From the NCBI GenBank assembly GCA_963826535.1, contig CAWGXL010000010.1, forward strand, positions 170,814 to 234,813: DNA of 64,000 nt, read 5' to 3'. The notes below the pieces were generated by a model. It worked only from the letters and a program-made list of their open reading frames with translations. It was not told the origin of the DNA and did no database searches. The position numbers and the translations under genes are program-made. Position 1 is the first letter of the stretch. Each line of letters starts with the position of its first letter. This DNA comes from an uncultured bacterium. Its GTDB lineage: Bacteria > Patescibacteriota > Microgenomatia > Levybacterales > UBA12049. Of this stretch, positions 17,931 through 29,357 are shown piece by piece.

Positions 17931-20786
17931 ATGCAGATGCTACGGAAATTTAATAAGGAATTTGTATTCATCATAATAGCATTTTTACTTCCTTTACTTT
18001 TTTACATAACTATTTTTTTTGGTAATTCTTTCGGATTTGACTGTGCACCTGGAGTTATGGGCAATTATCCTCCTTATGGACAGAAATTAACTCCATCCAA
18101 TTTATATTGCGCGTCTATTCTGGATCCCGGAGCTTATACATGGCAATTTCCTGCAATGTGGGCTTCTGTAGCAAGACAATTTTTCCAAGGTAATTTTGCG
18201 ATTTGGTCACAAAACATAGGCATAGGGATTCCCCTTGCCGCGAATTTCCAATCAAACGCCTTTAATCCTATTTTATTACCTTTTATACTATTATTTAAGG
18301 CTTCGAATCTAAACCTTTTTTATCTTGATATATTCTTCGTTTTTCGCTACATGATTATGTCATTAGGCATGTATTTATTCCTGCGTAGTTTGAAACTGGA
18401 TAGATCTATTGCTTATATCGGTTCCTTAGCGTTTATATCAGCAGGCTACTTTATCAACATTCCAACCATGGCACATCACAACGTAGATATGTTACTGCCA
18501 CTTATCGCTTGGTCTATTAATAAATTCTACTTCACAAAGCAAACGAAATGGATAGGAATAAGTGCACTATTGCTTGGGTTATCAATGCTGGGAGGTATGC
18601 CTGAATCAAGTATTTTTATATTGTTTTTCTCTTTTTTATATGTAACATTTCTTTCTTTATTTTATATCCGGCAAAAGAAAATATTATTTTTGACTCTAGG
18701 ATGGTTAACTACTTTAATAGGTTTTCTGATAGGTGCAATACTTTATTTGCCCGGAATAGAGTATGTCCTGAATGGTGTAAATAATCACTCTCAGGGCTCA
18801 CAATATTATTTTGATGCTAGGAATATAATTTTATTCTTTTTACCTAAAATTTTTGGAGGTGCGCCTTTTTACTGGTCAGGATTTGCAGACAAAATTGATT
18901 TTAGTCCTCAATCATGGAATTATATAGGTTCAATAATTTTCTTTCTTTATCTGCTTAGTTTTACATATTTAAAAGATGTCTATAAGGAAATTAATAAAAA
19001 TAGAATTACAATCATTTTCTTTTTCTTTTTTATATTACTTGCAATATTACTTCTTCAACTCTATGGAATAATACACTTTTTTATATTTGAATATTTACCT
19101 GGCTTCAGGGAAACTCAGTTCACGAAATATAGTTCTGCGTTAATAAATTTTTCCATAATTACTTCCGTCAGCATATTTCTTCCAATTTTATTCAAGAAAA
19201 AATCCTTAAGAATCCTAATAGTTTATATCTTATTTGCTGCAATTTTATTGTTTATTAACTTCCACTATCAGGAGATTATCACGTCAAATTACTTTATTAA
19301 TAAATATATTGGTCTAGCTTCGAATATTTTCTTCTCATTAGTATTTATTTCAATAATAATATTCACTCTTTATAAATTTAATAATAAAAAAATAATATTA
19401 TGGATCATTTTCTTGTTACTTTTGATGGAATTTTTTATATATTTTCCGCGTTTCGGAGACAAGACAAGAAAAGATAGTTTCAGGCAACCACCAGGTATCA
19501 GTTTTCTGCAAAAGCAGAATTATCATGATTTTAGAATAATTGGATTGGACAACATACTTTTCCCCGACTTATCGGCAATATATGATTTAAATGATATGAG
19601 AATGCTTGATGCACTATGGATTGGTCGTTATTACGATTATATTAAAAACTTCTATGCCGTACCAGATGCTTATCGCATAACAGGTATCCAGGAAGTAAAC
19701 GCAACTCAGTCTGCCAATATAATAAACAACAATTTTTTTGATATGTTGTCCGTCAAATATCTATTAAGCTTTAATAATATCCAGGACACCATAATTGAAA
19801 ATGGATATATAACAGAAATGCTAAAACAAAATCCCAATGTGGAGAATTTTAATAAATCTATATTTACAATAAAAAAAGACTCGAAAAAAGTTTTATTCGA
19901 GCATGCTCCAAATAATATAAAAGCCGACTTGATCAAGCCACAAGATGCCCAATATTTAATACTTTTTCCGGCAATGAGTCAAGATTTATTCGGAAAAAAA
20001 GAAGGAGATGGAGTTGGATTTATTGCTAAAGCTTATGTCAATGGTTCACAAATAGATGCTCAAGAAATCTCAATTAACCCATCACACAATAAATCCGATG
20101 AAAAATGGTTCACTATGAAGCTAGGACCATTTCCGAATAGCGATGAATCCTATAAATTTAATTTAGAACTGATTACCGTCCAATTGCAGAATAATGCGTT
20201 TGACTGGGCAGGGTGGGGTGGATTCACATGGGATACGGAGCTGAATAAAGCAATAGATAAATATAAACTTGTATATGATAAGGATATGAAAATTTACGAA
20301 AACAAAGATTTCATTCCACGCTTAAGATTCATCAGTCAAACGATATGTGTGAATTCTAACAAGACAAAGCAAAATGAGAATGCCTATATTGTTGATCTAA
20401 TGAAACAGCATGCACAAGAAATCAAAAACCTGGCAATAGTTGAGTCCGATAATTGCCGAAATAGGACATACGACCCGGGGAAAGGAAATTTTTATTCACA
20501 ACAATTCCAGGATCAGAAAATTTCATTTACTTATTCATCCCAGGAAGAACAATATGCAATATTATCAGATTCGTATTATCCTGGATGGAATATCTATATT
20601 AAAGGTAAAAAAGGAGTCATTGACCCTGCAAACCTTGCCTTCAGAGGATTCAAGTTGCCACAAGGAGATAATGTAAAAGTTGAAATAAAGTACGAGCCGA
20701 TTAGTTTTCAAATTGGATTATTTATATCTCTATTTAGTTTAGGTATAATAATTATTATTATCTATAAAAATAAAAAAATTAAATGA
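17931..20786 (+). CDS. YfhO-family GT-C membrane protein with a large extracytoplasmic domain
   Basis: W..NIG.GIPLAANFQS, GGMPE, C-terminal SDSYYPGW...ANLAFRG..L..G...V...YEP plus a TM helix. Confidence 0.8.
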   Translation: MQMLRKFNKEFVFIIIAFLLPLLFYITIFFGNSFGFDCAPGVMGNYPPYGQKLTPSNLYCASILDPGAYTWQFPAMWASVARQFFQGNFAIWSQNIGIGIPLAANFQSNAFNPILLPFILLFKASNLNLFYLDIFFVFRYMIMSLGMYLFLRSLKLDRSIAYIGSLAFISAGYFINIPTMAHHNVDMLLPLIAWSINKFYFTKQTKWIGISALLLGLSMLGGMPESSIFILFFSFLYVTFLSLFYIRQKKILFLTLGWLTTLIGFLIGAILYLPGIEYVLNGVNNHSQGSQYYFDARNIILFFLPKIFGGAPFYWSGFADKIDFSPQSWNYIGSIIFFLYLLSFTYLKDVYKEINKNRITIIFFFFFILLAILLLQLYGIIHFFIFEYLPGFRETQFTKYSSALINFSIITSVSIFLPILFKKKSLRILIVYILFAAILLFINFHYQEIITSNYFINKYIGLASNIFFSLVFISIIIFTLYKFNNKKIILWIIFLLLLMEFFIYFPRFGDKTRKDSFRQPPGISFLQKQNYHDFRIIGLDNILFPDLSAIYDLNDMRMLDALWIGRYYDYIKNFYAVPDAYRITGIQEVNATQSANIINNNFFDMLSVKYLLSFNNIQDTIIENGYITEMLKQNPNVENFNKSIFTIKKDSKKVLFEHAPNNIKADLIKPQDAQYLILFPAMSQDLFGKKEGDGVGFIAKAYVNGSQIDAQEISINPSHNKSDEKWFTMKLGPFPNSDESYKFNLELITVQLQNNAFDWAGWGGFTWDTELNKAIDKYKLVYDKDMKIYENKDFIPRLRFISQTICVNSNKTKQNENAYIVDLMKQHAQEIKNLAIVESDNCRNRTYDPGKGNFYSQQFQDQKISFTYSSQEEQYAILSDSYYPGWNIYIKGKKGVIDPANLAFRGFKLPQGDNVKVEIKYEPISFQIGLFISLFSLGIIIIIIYKNKKIK

Positions 20787-21769
20787 TCAATCAAAAAATA
20801 AAAAAAACCGACTCAAAAAAAATAAAAGAAATGTGGGGCTCACATGAGCATACAGTTGAAAGATATGGAAAAGGGTTTCATTGGGTAGAATCACCTGTAA
20901 TAATGGAAGCAATAAATCGAAAAATTAGCGGTGATAGTAGCATAGATTGGCTTTCCTATGTTATAGCAAAATACTTATCACATAAAAAAAGCGACTATAT
21001 TGGTTTGTCTTTAGGATGTGGAACGGGAATACTGGAAAGACAGGTACAGCAAAAAAATTTATTTAAACGAATTGAAGCATTCGATTTTGCAGATGAAGTA
21101 ATTAGGCAGGCAAAAGAATCCGCGCATAAAGAAGGATTGAAAATCAGTTATCATGTTGCGGATTTAAATAAATTAAAATTAAAGAAGAATTATTATCATT
21201 TTATATTCGCTAACTCTGTTCTGCATCATTTAAAGAATTTGGAATTTGTATATAATCAAATTAGTCAAGCTCTTGTAGATGGCGGTATAGTTTTCATAAA
21301 TGAATATGTTGGCCCTTCACAATTTCAATATACGGATAAACAAACTGAAATAATAAATAACATCCTAGATATTTTGCCTAAACAGTATAAGAAAAGGGTT
21401 ACTGATCATAAAAGCTTAAAGCCTCATTTTTACCCTGCTAGCATAGATTATATGAACGATCATGATCCCTCTGAAGCAGTTAGATCAAAAGAAATAATTC
21501 CTTTATTGAAAAAAAAATTCGATATTATTGAACATAAAGATTTTGGTGGATCTTTGCTCCATATGCTAATGCAAGATATTGTAGGAAATTTTAACTCTAA
21601 AAACGAAAAAGATATAGTTTTACTTAAATTATTAATTTATATAGAAGAATATTTAATTAAATCGAAAGTAATTGAAAGTGATTTCTCATTTCTGGTTGTA
21701 CGTAAAAGGACTAAACTACGTTCATCCATTTCAAAGTTTCAGTCAATCCTGAAGAAAGTGAAGTCTTAG
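20783..21769 (+). CDS. Class I SAM-dependent methyltransferase
   Basis: LSLGCGTG, SVLHH, EYVGP, DPSEAVRS. Confidence 0.87.
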   Translation: MINQKIKKTDSKKIKEMWGSHEHTVERYGKGFHWVESPVIMEAINRKISGDSSIDWLSYVIAKYLSHKKSDYIGLSLGCGTGILERQVQQKNLFKRIEAFDFADEVIRQAKESAHKEGLKISYHVADLNKLKLKKNYYHFIFANSVLHHLKNLEFVYNQISQALVDGGIVFINEYVGPSQFQYTDKQTEIINNILDILPKQYKKRVTDHKSLKPHFYPASIDYMNDHDPSEAVRSKEIIPLLKKKFDIIEHKDFGGSLLHMLMQDIVGNFNSKNEKDIVLLKLLIYIEEYLIKSKVIESDFSFLVVRKRTKLRSSISKFQSILKKVKS

Positions 21770-22658
21770 GTTTCCAGCTAAACTCATTTTTAAAACGGGA
21801 GATGTCCAAAATTACTTTATCAATATCGAAGATGCGTTTTTCTTTATATAGTACCTTAACTTTGCTATGAGAAATATCTTTAATTAATGCCCAAACGTCT
21901 TTAATTTTTACACCCTTACCTGACCCAATATTATAAATTTCATGCTTATTCTTTCTATTAAATGAGATGGCTATTGCATCGATCAAATCGTCGATATAGA
22001 TAAAATCCCGGATTAACTTTCCGTAATTAAAAAGTGTCGGTGAGGTATTATTCTGTATATGATGCACTATTGTTGGTATTAAGGCAAAGCCCTCTTTCGG
22101 CAGTTGATTCGGCCCGTAAGGATTACTAATGCGATATATAAGACACTCAACCTGGTATTGATGAGCATAATAACGAAGGAAATATTCTATTGTCAATTTT
22201 CCTATTGCATACGGTGAACTGGGTTTTGGGACTGCCTCTTCGCATATTGGCAAAACTTGATTCTCACCATATATTCCGCCACCGGAGGAAGGAAAAATAA
22301 TTTTCTTAACTCTTTTCTCGCAGGCAATTTTAATAAAGTTTTCATGTAAAAAAATATCTTCTTGAATTACCCTTAGGGGGGATTGCATTGACGTGAACGG
22401 TACTGTTGAAGAAATTAAATCAAAAACAATATCCTTCGGCTGAAGTATTTCATTAATCAATTTAGAATTGGAAAAATCTTCAATTATTATTTGAATCTTA
22501 TTTTTATATTTATTCCTTAATTGATCTAAATTGCTTTTATTTTCATGTGTTAACCTGGTAAATATAGTAACATGAAAATCATCCTGAAGTAGCTTTTTTG
22601 ATAAATGACTTCCGATGAATCCTGCTCCTCCAAATAAAACAATTCTAGATTTTTTCAT
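21711..22658 (-). CDS. NAD-dependent epimerase/dehydratase
   Basis: GGAGFIG, SSGGGIYG, YAIGK, NPYGP, RDFIYIDD. Confidence 0.9.
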   Translation of the reverse strand: MKKSRIVLFGGAGFIGSHLSKKLLQDDFHVTIFTRLTHENKSNLDQLRNKYKNKIQIIIEDFSNSKLINEILQPKDIVFDLISSTVPFTSMQSPLRVIQEDIFLHENFIKIACEKRVKKIIFPSSGGGIYGENQVLPICEEAVPKPSSPYAIGKLTIEYFLRYYAHQYQVECLIYRISNPYGPNQLPKEGFALIPTIVHHIQNNTSPTLFNYGKLIRDFIYIDDLIDAIAISFNRKNKHEIYNIGSGKGVKIKDVWALIKDISHSKVKVLYKEKRIFDIDKVILDISRFKNEFSWKPKTSLSSGLTETLKWMNVV

Positions 22659-22664
22659 ACAGTT

Positions 22665-24003
22665 TTAATTTAATAAATTCTTATAAACCGTTACTAACTC
22701 CTTAACATTTTCTTCAATAGATATTTGTTGTGGGAAATATTGTTCCATTTCTTGCATAATTTTTGGATTTTGAATAAAACGCTTGATTTTGCTTGCTAAA
22801 TCAGCACTATTTTCGTTCTCAAAAAGCATCCCTGTTTTATTTTCAATAATAATTTCAGGTAAGCTTCCCAAATTTGTTGCAATGACCGGAGTTTTAGTCA
22901 ATAAAGCATTACGTACTACTAAAGGAGCATTCTTCGAACCATCTTGAAGGTACAATTAGTATATCTATTTCTTTATATACATTAGCTATTTTTTGGGAAT
23001 CAAATGTTCCGCATAACTGAACGTTTTTTAATCCTTTCAAAAGTTTGTAAATCTTTATTGAATATTTGGGATCTGTGTTCAAATCTCCGTATATTTTCAA
23101 CACGATTTTATTGCTATTTAATTCCTTCCATGCTTTTAGCAGTATATCCAGACCTTTTGAATTAATAATACTGCCTATAAATGCAAAACGGATTTTATCT
23201 GCAGCTTTTTTATGAAAATTATTAAAAAGCGATACGTTAACTCCATGAGAAGAAACTATAACCTTTTTTGCGTAAAAACCCCATTTACAAAAATCTCTAT
23301 ATAAAAATAGTGTTGGAAAAATAGCTAAATCCAGTAATGCTAAATTCTTTCGGATAAGATAATTTCTTTTTTTTATCATCGCAACATACTGTGTTTTTTC
23401 TAAATGATATATGGCATTACCAATAAATCTATACAATATTTTCTTAGTAAGATATTTTATATTCATTTTGAATGGATCATCTGTATTAAATCTATTATGG
23501 TTAAAAAATCCTATTGTAAAGAGATTTGCAAGATCCTCTGCCAGATTTTCATCTGCAGGATTAATTAATAATGCATTTTTACTTGTAATCCTATTAAATA
23601 ACATAGTTTGGAGCCAGAAATCATTAACGGTCATAATCTGGGGGATGCCTGAAACATATCCAGCTTGAATTAGATTAATTGATAAATGCATTAAGTGTTG
23701 ATAATGGATAATATCAGGCTTAAATTCTTGTAATAATACCTTGAAACCAGGTATAACTTTATCATCGTTGTATGTTTTCTCGAAATTTTTTATTTTTTTA
23801 ATATTTTTTCTTAAGCGGTAAACGGTTATTCCGTAATATTCATCGGCCTTAATCTCATAATCACCATTTTTATCTAAGGGTTCAGTAGTAAAAATAACTA
23901 CTTCATGATTTTTGCTAAGCGTTTTGGCTAATTCATATGTATATACTTCAGTTCCGCCTACATAATTTGGCAGGAAAGTGTGGGTTACTAATAAAATTTT
24001 CAT
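22665..24003 (-). pseudogene. GT4 glycosyltransferase split by a +1 frameshift
   Basis: Removing one base at 22932-22934 restores PSRWFENAPLVVRNAL, giving about 445 aa. Could be a sequencing error. Confidence 0.8.
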
Positions 24004-25514
24004 ACGTCTTTTGATAATATAGAATCTAAATTATTTTCTAATTCCTCCCTTTTAGGATTCTTCTTATCCAAAGTTAAAAAAACAAGATTATTGCTAACTA
24101 TTATAGCCATTAACTTCTCAAAAAATGGAATGATCTGTTTATCAGAATAAATTTGCCCTTTCATTAGCTTAGTCGCATCATTAAATACATTATAGACTTG
24201 TGAATATGTTATTTGCATATATTTATTTGTTAAATCTGTCCGCGATATAAGTATTATTTTTAATAAATGAGAAATATTTTCTAAATTTTGTAAAAATTCA
24301 GATTTATATTTATTTGACACATTATTATTAATTTTAATCTTAATAAGTTCGTTATACTCGGGTATATTTTTTGAAACGGGGTGCAATTGAAAATGTTGCT
24401 GTAATAGAAGATAGAGAATATAAATAGTTTGGAGTAAATCTTGGGGATTTGTAGAAATAGTATTTACTTTCTCTCTAAACAATTTATATACTGTTTTTGT
24501 ATCTACATAATATCTTTTAAAAAAATAAGTAATAGAGCGCGTATGTGAATGAATTACACCACTCTGCCCTGTAAATCCGATCTTATAACCCTGCTTTAAT
24601 GCCCTTATTGCAAATTCAATATCTTCTGCAAATTCAATTTTTCGATAACCTCCCAATTTTATAAAATTATCTCTTTTAACACAAGAACAAACATCATCGA
24701 ACAGAGATATTTTTCTCTTTAATATAAAAGGCAGTGAATAAAAATTAATATTTTTAGGAAGTTTGGATATATAATTTGAATTATTAAGATATAAAGCTGA
24801 ATTATGATGTATCATTTGCCATTTAGCGAATAAATCAGCATCCGGGTAAGGTGTCTGTTTTGTAGAAACTCCTATAATGGAATCTTCTGAAGACAGAAGA
24901 GTTAATAAATTAACATATGTATAATTATCAATAGGTAATGCATCCTGAACTGCAAAAATAATATATTTACCTTTTGCAACCTCAGCTCCTATATTTCGAG
25001 TTAAACCATGATTAAAATCTTTTTTATCAATCGAAATCACTTTTGCATGATAACGTCTGGCAATGGATACTGTTTTATCAATTGATCCTGAATCAATTAT
25101 TATAATTTCTGGGCTTTGAATTCCTTCTTGCATGCGAATTGCTGTAAAAAGATTCTCAAGGTATTCTGCTCCGTTTAATGTGGGGATAACTATACTAACA
25201 TCATCAAAAAATTTAGTACTTTTTGTGAAAGTAATATTTTTAATATATTTCTGTTCATTTTTATTACTCCGGGTAAGCCACTGAATTCTATTTTTTACAT
25301 TATATTTAATAGTCTTTTTAGCATATTGGTTTAATGTTGCGTATATTTGCCAGAGCATATATGCTTTAGAGGAAAAAATTATATTAAGTATTTTTTCAAA
25401 ATATTTTTTTTCTTCATGTGTTTCATACAATTCCATACGTAATACTTCCATTTGTGCTTCTAAGAGGTTTTTATCGAAGGAGTTAATTGTATTTTTTTTA
25501 GTTTTTCGAAGCAT
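24000..25514 (-). CDS. GT2 glycosyltransferase (rhamnosyltransferase-like) with an N-terminal coiled coil
   Basis: IPTLNG, IDSGSID, FNHGLTRNIG, VQDA, AEDIEF, HSH. Confidence 0.85.
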   Translation of the reverse strand: MLRKTKKNTINSFDKNLLEAQMEVLRMELYETHEEKKYFEKILNIIFSSKAYMLWQIYATLNQYAKKTIKYNVKNRIQWLTRSNKNEQKYIKNITFTKSTKFFDDVSIVIPTLNGAEYLENLFTAIRMQEGIQSPEIIIIDSGSIDKTVSIARRYHAKVISIDKKDFNHGLTRNIGAEVAKGKYIIFAVQDALPIDNYTYVNLLTLLSSEDSIIGVSTKQTPYPDADLFAKWQMIHHNSALYLNNSNYISKLPKNINFYSLPFILKRKISLFDDVCSCVKRDNFIKLGGYRKIEFAEDIEFAIRALKQGYKIGFTGQSGVIHSHTRSITYFFKRYYVDTKTVYKLFREKVNTISTNPQDLLQTIYILYLLLQQHFQLHPVSKNIPEYNELIKIKINNNVSNKYKSEFLQNLENISHLLKIILISRTDLTNKYMQITYSQVYNVFNDATKLMKGQIYSDKQIIPFFEKLMAIIVSNNLVFLTLDKKNPKREELENNLDSILSKDV

Positions 25515-25523
25515 ACTTCTATT

Positions 25524-28337
25524 TTAAAAGATATCAATAGTATTCCTATTAAAGTAAGGATCATTATAAATCAGATGTTTCCATTTTTTATGCAATAATT
25601 CTAGCTCTTGCTTAAAAAATAGCATATTTCTATCAGAATCTCCCGGCCGCTTCATTGTAGCAGATTCATGATGAATAAGAACTCCATGGGAAGTATATAC
25701 ATTTTGATAGCCTTTCACTAATAATTTCAGGCAAAAATCAATATCGTTAAACGCAAGTTTATAAGACGAATTCATTCCCCCTACCGCCTTAAACTTTTTA
25801 CTATCAATCATCAAACAAGCTCCTGTTACAGCTATATAATTAGCTGTACCATAAATGCCACCATTTAATTGAGCATAATCTACATTATTTTGATAATTTT
25901 TGTAAATATGCGACGGTAAAATAAGTCCATCCAAAGTAAACTTAGGATTAAAGACTATTCCTGCATGTTGAATAGTATTATCGGGATATAATAGTTTTGC
26001 TCCGACAGCGCCAACTTCTTTTCTTTGCGCGTGTTCTAATAATGCTTCAATCCAGGTAGTTGTAACGATCTCAGTATCATTATTCAGGAAAAGAAAGTAT
26101 TCCCCGTTGCTATTTTTACTGCCATAGTTACAAACGGAAGAGAAGTTAAAGGAATTTTTCCAATGTATTACTTTTGTTTGAGCATACCTATTTTGAACAT
26201 TTTCATATAATTTCCAAATGTCTTTATTCTTAGATCCGGTATCAACTATTATTAACTCGTAGTTTTTATATGTAGATTTTTCAATTATTGATTCTAAACA
26301 TGGTTTAATTAATTCATACTGATCTTTTGTTGGTATAATAATTGACACTAGCGGGTTACCAATAATATTATACTTTACTCTCCATAAACCTAGGTATTCC
26401 GTAGATATTACTTTACCTTTTAATTTCCTATTAGCTAAATCACTTTCAAGCACTTTCTTTTGATTATTGATAGCATATTTTTTAATTGTTTGAATATGCT
26501 CAGGGGAAGATGTTGATAGCGACGATTTTCTCCACGAATAAAGTATACTTGGGATATGGATAATTTTATTTTTTACATTTTTCTTTTCAGTTTCTAAAGT
26601 AGCCCGTAAAAATAAATCCCAATCTTGTGCCCCTTCATATCCTTTACGAAAGGCACCAACTTTATGTATTAAAGATTTTTTTATGACAGCAAAATGAGTG
26701 ATGTAATTTAACGAACGCAGGAAGTCCGGACTCCAATCTGGTTTAAAAAAGGGATCAATATGAGTAAACCCATCATAATCAAGCTTATCCTCATCGCTAT
26801 AAATAAATTCAACATCTCTATTCTTATTGATCACTTTGGCTACTTCATAAAGGCAGTTTGGCCAAAGTATATCATCATGATCTAGAAATCCAATAAATTC
26901 CCCCTTAGCCAAACTTAAAGCAGAATTGGATGCCTCGCAAATATGACCATTTTTCTCTCCTAAAATATACTTTATTCTTTTATCTTTTTCAGCATACTCT
27001 TTTATTTTTTCTCTTACAGCATTATCATATGAAGCATCATCTGCAATACATAATTCCCAATTATTATATGTTTGGTTGATTAATGATTCTATACACTGAG
27101 CCAAAAAATTTATCGGTGTATTAAACACAGGGGTAATAAGAGATATTTTGGGACTGTATTTTAAATTACCATTATCATTTTGTTGTCGTGATATCTCTTC
27201 CTCCGAAGGATAATGTTCCATAAACCAATTTTGGTAGCGCTGATTAATATTCAGTACATTATTCTTGACGACTTCCATGTTCGCTAATCTTTTCTCAATT
27301 CCTCTCGGTCCTTCTTGAAAGAAAATCCTTCCTATTTTAATAATTTTTCTAGGATCATGGAGAGCCTTTTTCGCGATCTTTTTTGTTTTATTAAACCCCT
27401 GCCAAAGTTTAAATGTTTTCGCGGAAATAATATTATCTAAAATCGATTGTAACTGTAGTTTTACTTCTGTCAATGTCTTGACTTCATTTCTTAGCTTTTT
27501 TATATCCTCTTCATTATTTTTGTTTAAATTAATTAATTGACTTACGCTCTGTAGATTTTTGTCCATACCTTGAATTGCTTGGTTTCTCAGCATTTCATAT
27601 TCGTATGAATAACGCATCTGGAGATTTTTTTCTAATTTTAAAAATTCATTAGCCTGCCTATTTTTATTTTTAAATAAAACTCCTAAACCGAATGAGTGAA
27701 AAAATTCAATTGTTTTATACTTAGACTTTAATTCACCCCAAAGTTTATATACTCCAAAATCATCTTCTATTACTTTTATGTCATGAAATAAAATTATTCC
27801 TTGATCGCTTACTTTGTTTCGCCACCTTTCAAAATCATGTTTAACCACGTCATAAGTGTGGAACCCATCGATATGTAAAACATCTATAACTTTATCCGAA
27901 AATTCACTTAAGGCTTCATCAAAAGTTTTTCTTAGTAATTTAATTTTTTGATCTTTATAATACTTATTTTTTATTTCATTTACTTCTTCAAAAACTTCAT
28001 TGCCATAAAAACCACTATGTTCATCGCCCTTCCAATTGTCTATAGCGTAGAGCTTAGTATTTATGCCTCCGTCTTTAACAGCTTGGCAAAATGAGAAAAA
28101 TGAGGTTCCTCTATGAGTACCTATCTCAACAACTATATTTGGTTTTAAATTTCGTATAAGTTCATATGCAAAATGTCTATGTCCATACCAAGGCCAACCT
28201 AAGTCCTCAAATTTTTCGACATATTCAAATTTTGGATTAAATATTCGCCATTTTTTATACTTTCTATTAATTGGAAGTTCGCTCATCGGGCTATATCCAA
28301 TATACTTGTTTTTTTTCTTCTGTGTTGTATCATTCAT
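25524..28337 (-). CDS. Multidomain methyltransferase + coiled coil + two GT2 domains (WsaE-like)
   Basis: VEIGTHRG..HIDGFHTY..FHD (Methyltransf_24-like); heptad segment; PVFNT..LDHDD..GAQDWDL; IIPTKD..FLNND..VTGACL..FNDIDFCL. Confidence 0.9.
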   Translation of the reverse strand: MNDTTQKKKNKYIGYSPMSELPINRKYKKWRIFNPKFEYVEKFEDLGWPWYGHRHFAYELIRNLKPNIVVEIGTHRGTSFFSFCQAVKDGGINTKLYAIDNWKGDEHSGFYGNEVFEEVNEIKNKYYKDQKIKLLRKTFDEALSEFSDKVIDVLHIDGFHTYDVVKHDFERWRNKVSDQGIILFHDIKVIEDDFGVYKLWGELKSKYKTIEFFHSFGLGVLFKNKNRQANEFLKLEKNLQMRYSYEYEMLRNQAIQGMDKNLQSVSQLINLNKNNEEDIKKLRNEVKTLTEVKLQLQSILDNIISAKTFKLWQGFNKTKKIAKKALHDPRKIIKIGRIFFQEGPRGIEKRLANMEVVKNNVLNINQRYQNWFMEHYPSEEEISRQQNDNGNLKYSPKISLITPVFNTPINFLAQCIESLINQTYNNWELCIADDASYDNAVREKIKEYAEKDKRIKYILGEKNGHICEASNSALSLAKGEFIGFLDHDDILWPNCLYEVAKVINKNRDVEFIYSDEDKLDYDGFTHIDPFFKPDWSPDFLRSLNYITHFAVIKKSLIHKVGAFRKGYEGAQDWDLFLRATLETEKKNVKNKIIHIPSILYSWRKSSLSTSSPEHIQTIKKYAINNQKKVLESDLANRKLKGKVISTEYLGLWRVKYNIIGNPLVSIIIPTKDQYELIKPCLESIIEKSTYKNYELIIVDTGSKNKDIWKLYENVQNRYAQTKVIHWKNSFNFSSVCNYGSKNSNGEYFLFLNNDTEIVTTTWIEALLEHAQRKEVGAVGAKLLYPDNTIQHAGIVFNPKFTLDGLILPSHIYKNYQNNVDYAQLNGGIYGTANYIAVTGACLMIDSKKFKAVGGMNSSYKLAFNDIDFCLKLLVKGYQNVYTSHGVLIHHESATMKRPGDSDRNMLFFKQELELLHKKWKHLIYNDPYFNRNTIDIF

Positions 28338-28616
28338 ATTGAATGTTTAATAAATGACTTTTAAAGTGAATTTGAAACTTTGAACTTAATTTAAACCATC
28401 CTAAATTTTATTTAGGAGTACTATGAATGGTACAATATTTCTCTTTCAAGCTTGATGAGCAATAATATAAATTTATCTAAAATAGAATAGTTGATTTTTA
28501 CTCATTTTGCAAGTATTATTTGATTCGAATATCTTAGCGATTATGTATTTTATGACTATCATGCATGAAAATGTTATATTAACTTAACATCAAATTTTGC
28601 TATAGTTAAATATAAT

Positions 28617-29348
28617 ATGAATAAAGAAGCTTCCTATACAATCTCTGTCCTAATACCTGCCTACAACGAAGAAAAAAAGATCGAAAAAGATATCCGTGAA
28701 ATATACAAATTTTTAGATAAATATAAAATAATAGGTGAAGTTATTATCTCAACTGACGGGGTAACCGATAATACAATTAATATTGTAAAAAGTTTACAAA
28801 ACGAATTTAAGACTTTAAAGCTTCTTGCCGAAAAAATAAGAATTGGGAAAGGAGCAGCGATAAAAAAAGGAGTTAAAATTGCGTCAGGCAAATACATTAT
28901 GTTTGCTGATGCAGGTCATTGTGTGCCCTATAGATTTATCAACGAAGGCATTGCTAAAATTGACGAAGGATATGATGTCGCACTTGCATCAAGGGCATCA
29001 ATAAAAAGCATCATTACAAAACCTCAACCTTTTTACCGTCAAATTGGATCAAAAATATTTGGCATTATCGTTAGAGACATAATGCACACTCCAAAAAATA
29101 TCAAGGACACACAGTGCGGATTTAAAATATATAAAAATAAAGTAGCAAAAAAATTATTCAATGAATTAAAGACAAAAAGTTTTATGTTTGATATTGAATT
29201 AATTCTAAGGGCAAAAAAAGAAAATTACAAAATGACACAGTTTCCTGTGCAATGGAGAAATGATAGTGATACTAAATTTAATCCTATAAGCGGCTCAGTG
29301 AGAAATATAAAAGATTTATTTAAAATTAAATTTATATATAAATTATAA
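28617..29348 (+). CDS. Polyprenyl-phosphate glycosyltransferase (ALG5/DPG-synthase-like GT2)
   Basis: IPAYNEE, GKGAA, ASR, DTQCGFK, FDIE; DxD is altered to DAG. Confidence 0.85.
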   Translation: MNKEASYTISVLIPAYNEEKKIEKDIREIYKFLDKYKIIGEVIISTDGVTDNTINIVKSLQNEFKTLKLLAEKIRIGKGAAIKKGVKIASGKYIMFADAGHCVPYRFINEGIAKIDEGYDVALASRASIKSIITKPQPFYRQIGSKIFGIIVRDIMHTPKNIKDTQCGFKIYKNKVAKKLFNELKTKSFMFDIELILRAKKENYKMTQFPVQWRNDSDTKFNPISGSVRNIKDLFKIKFIYKL

Positions 29349-29357
29349 AAGCCTATT

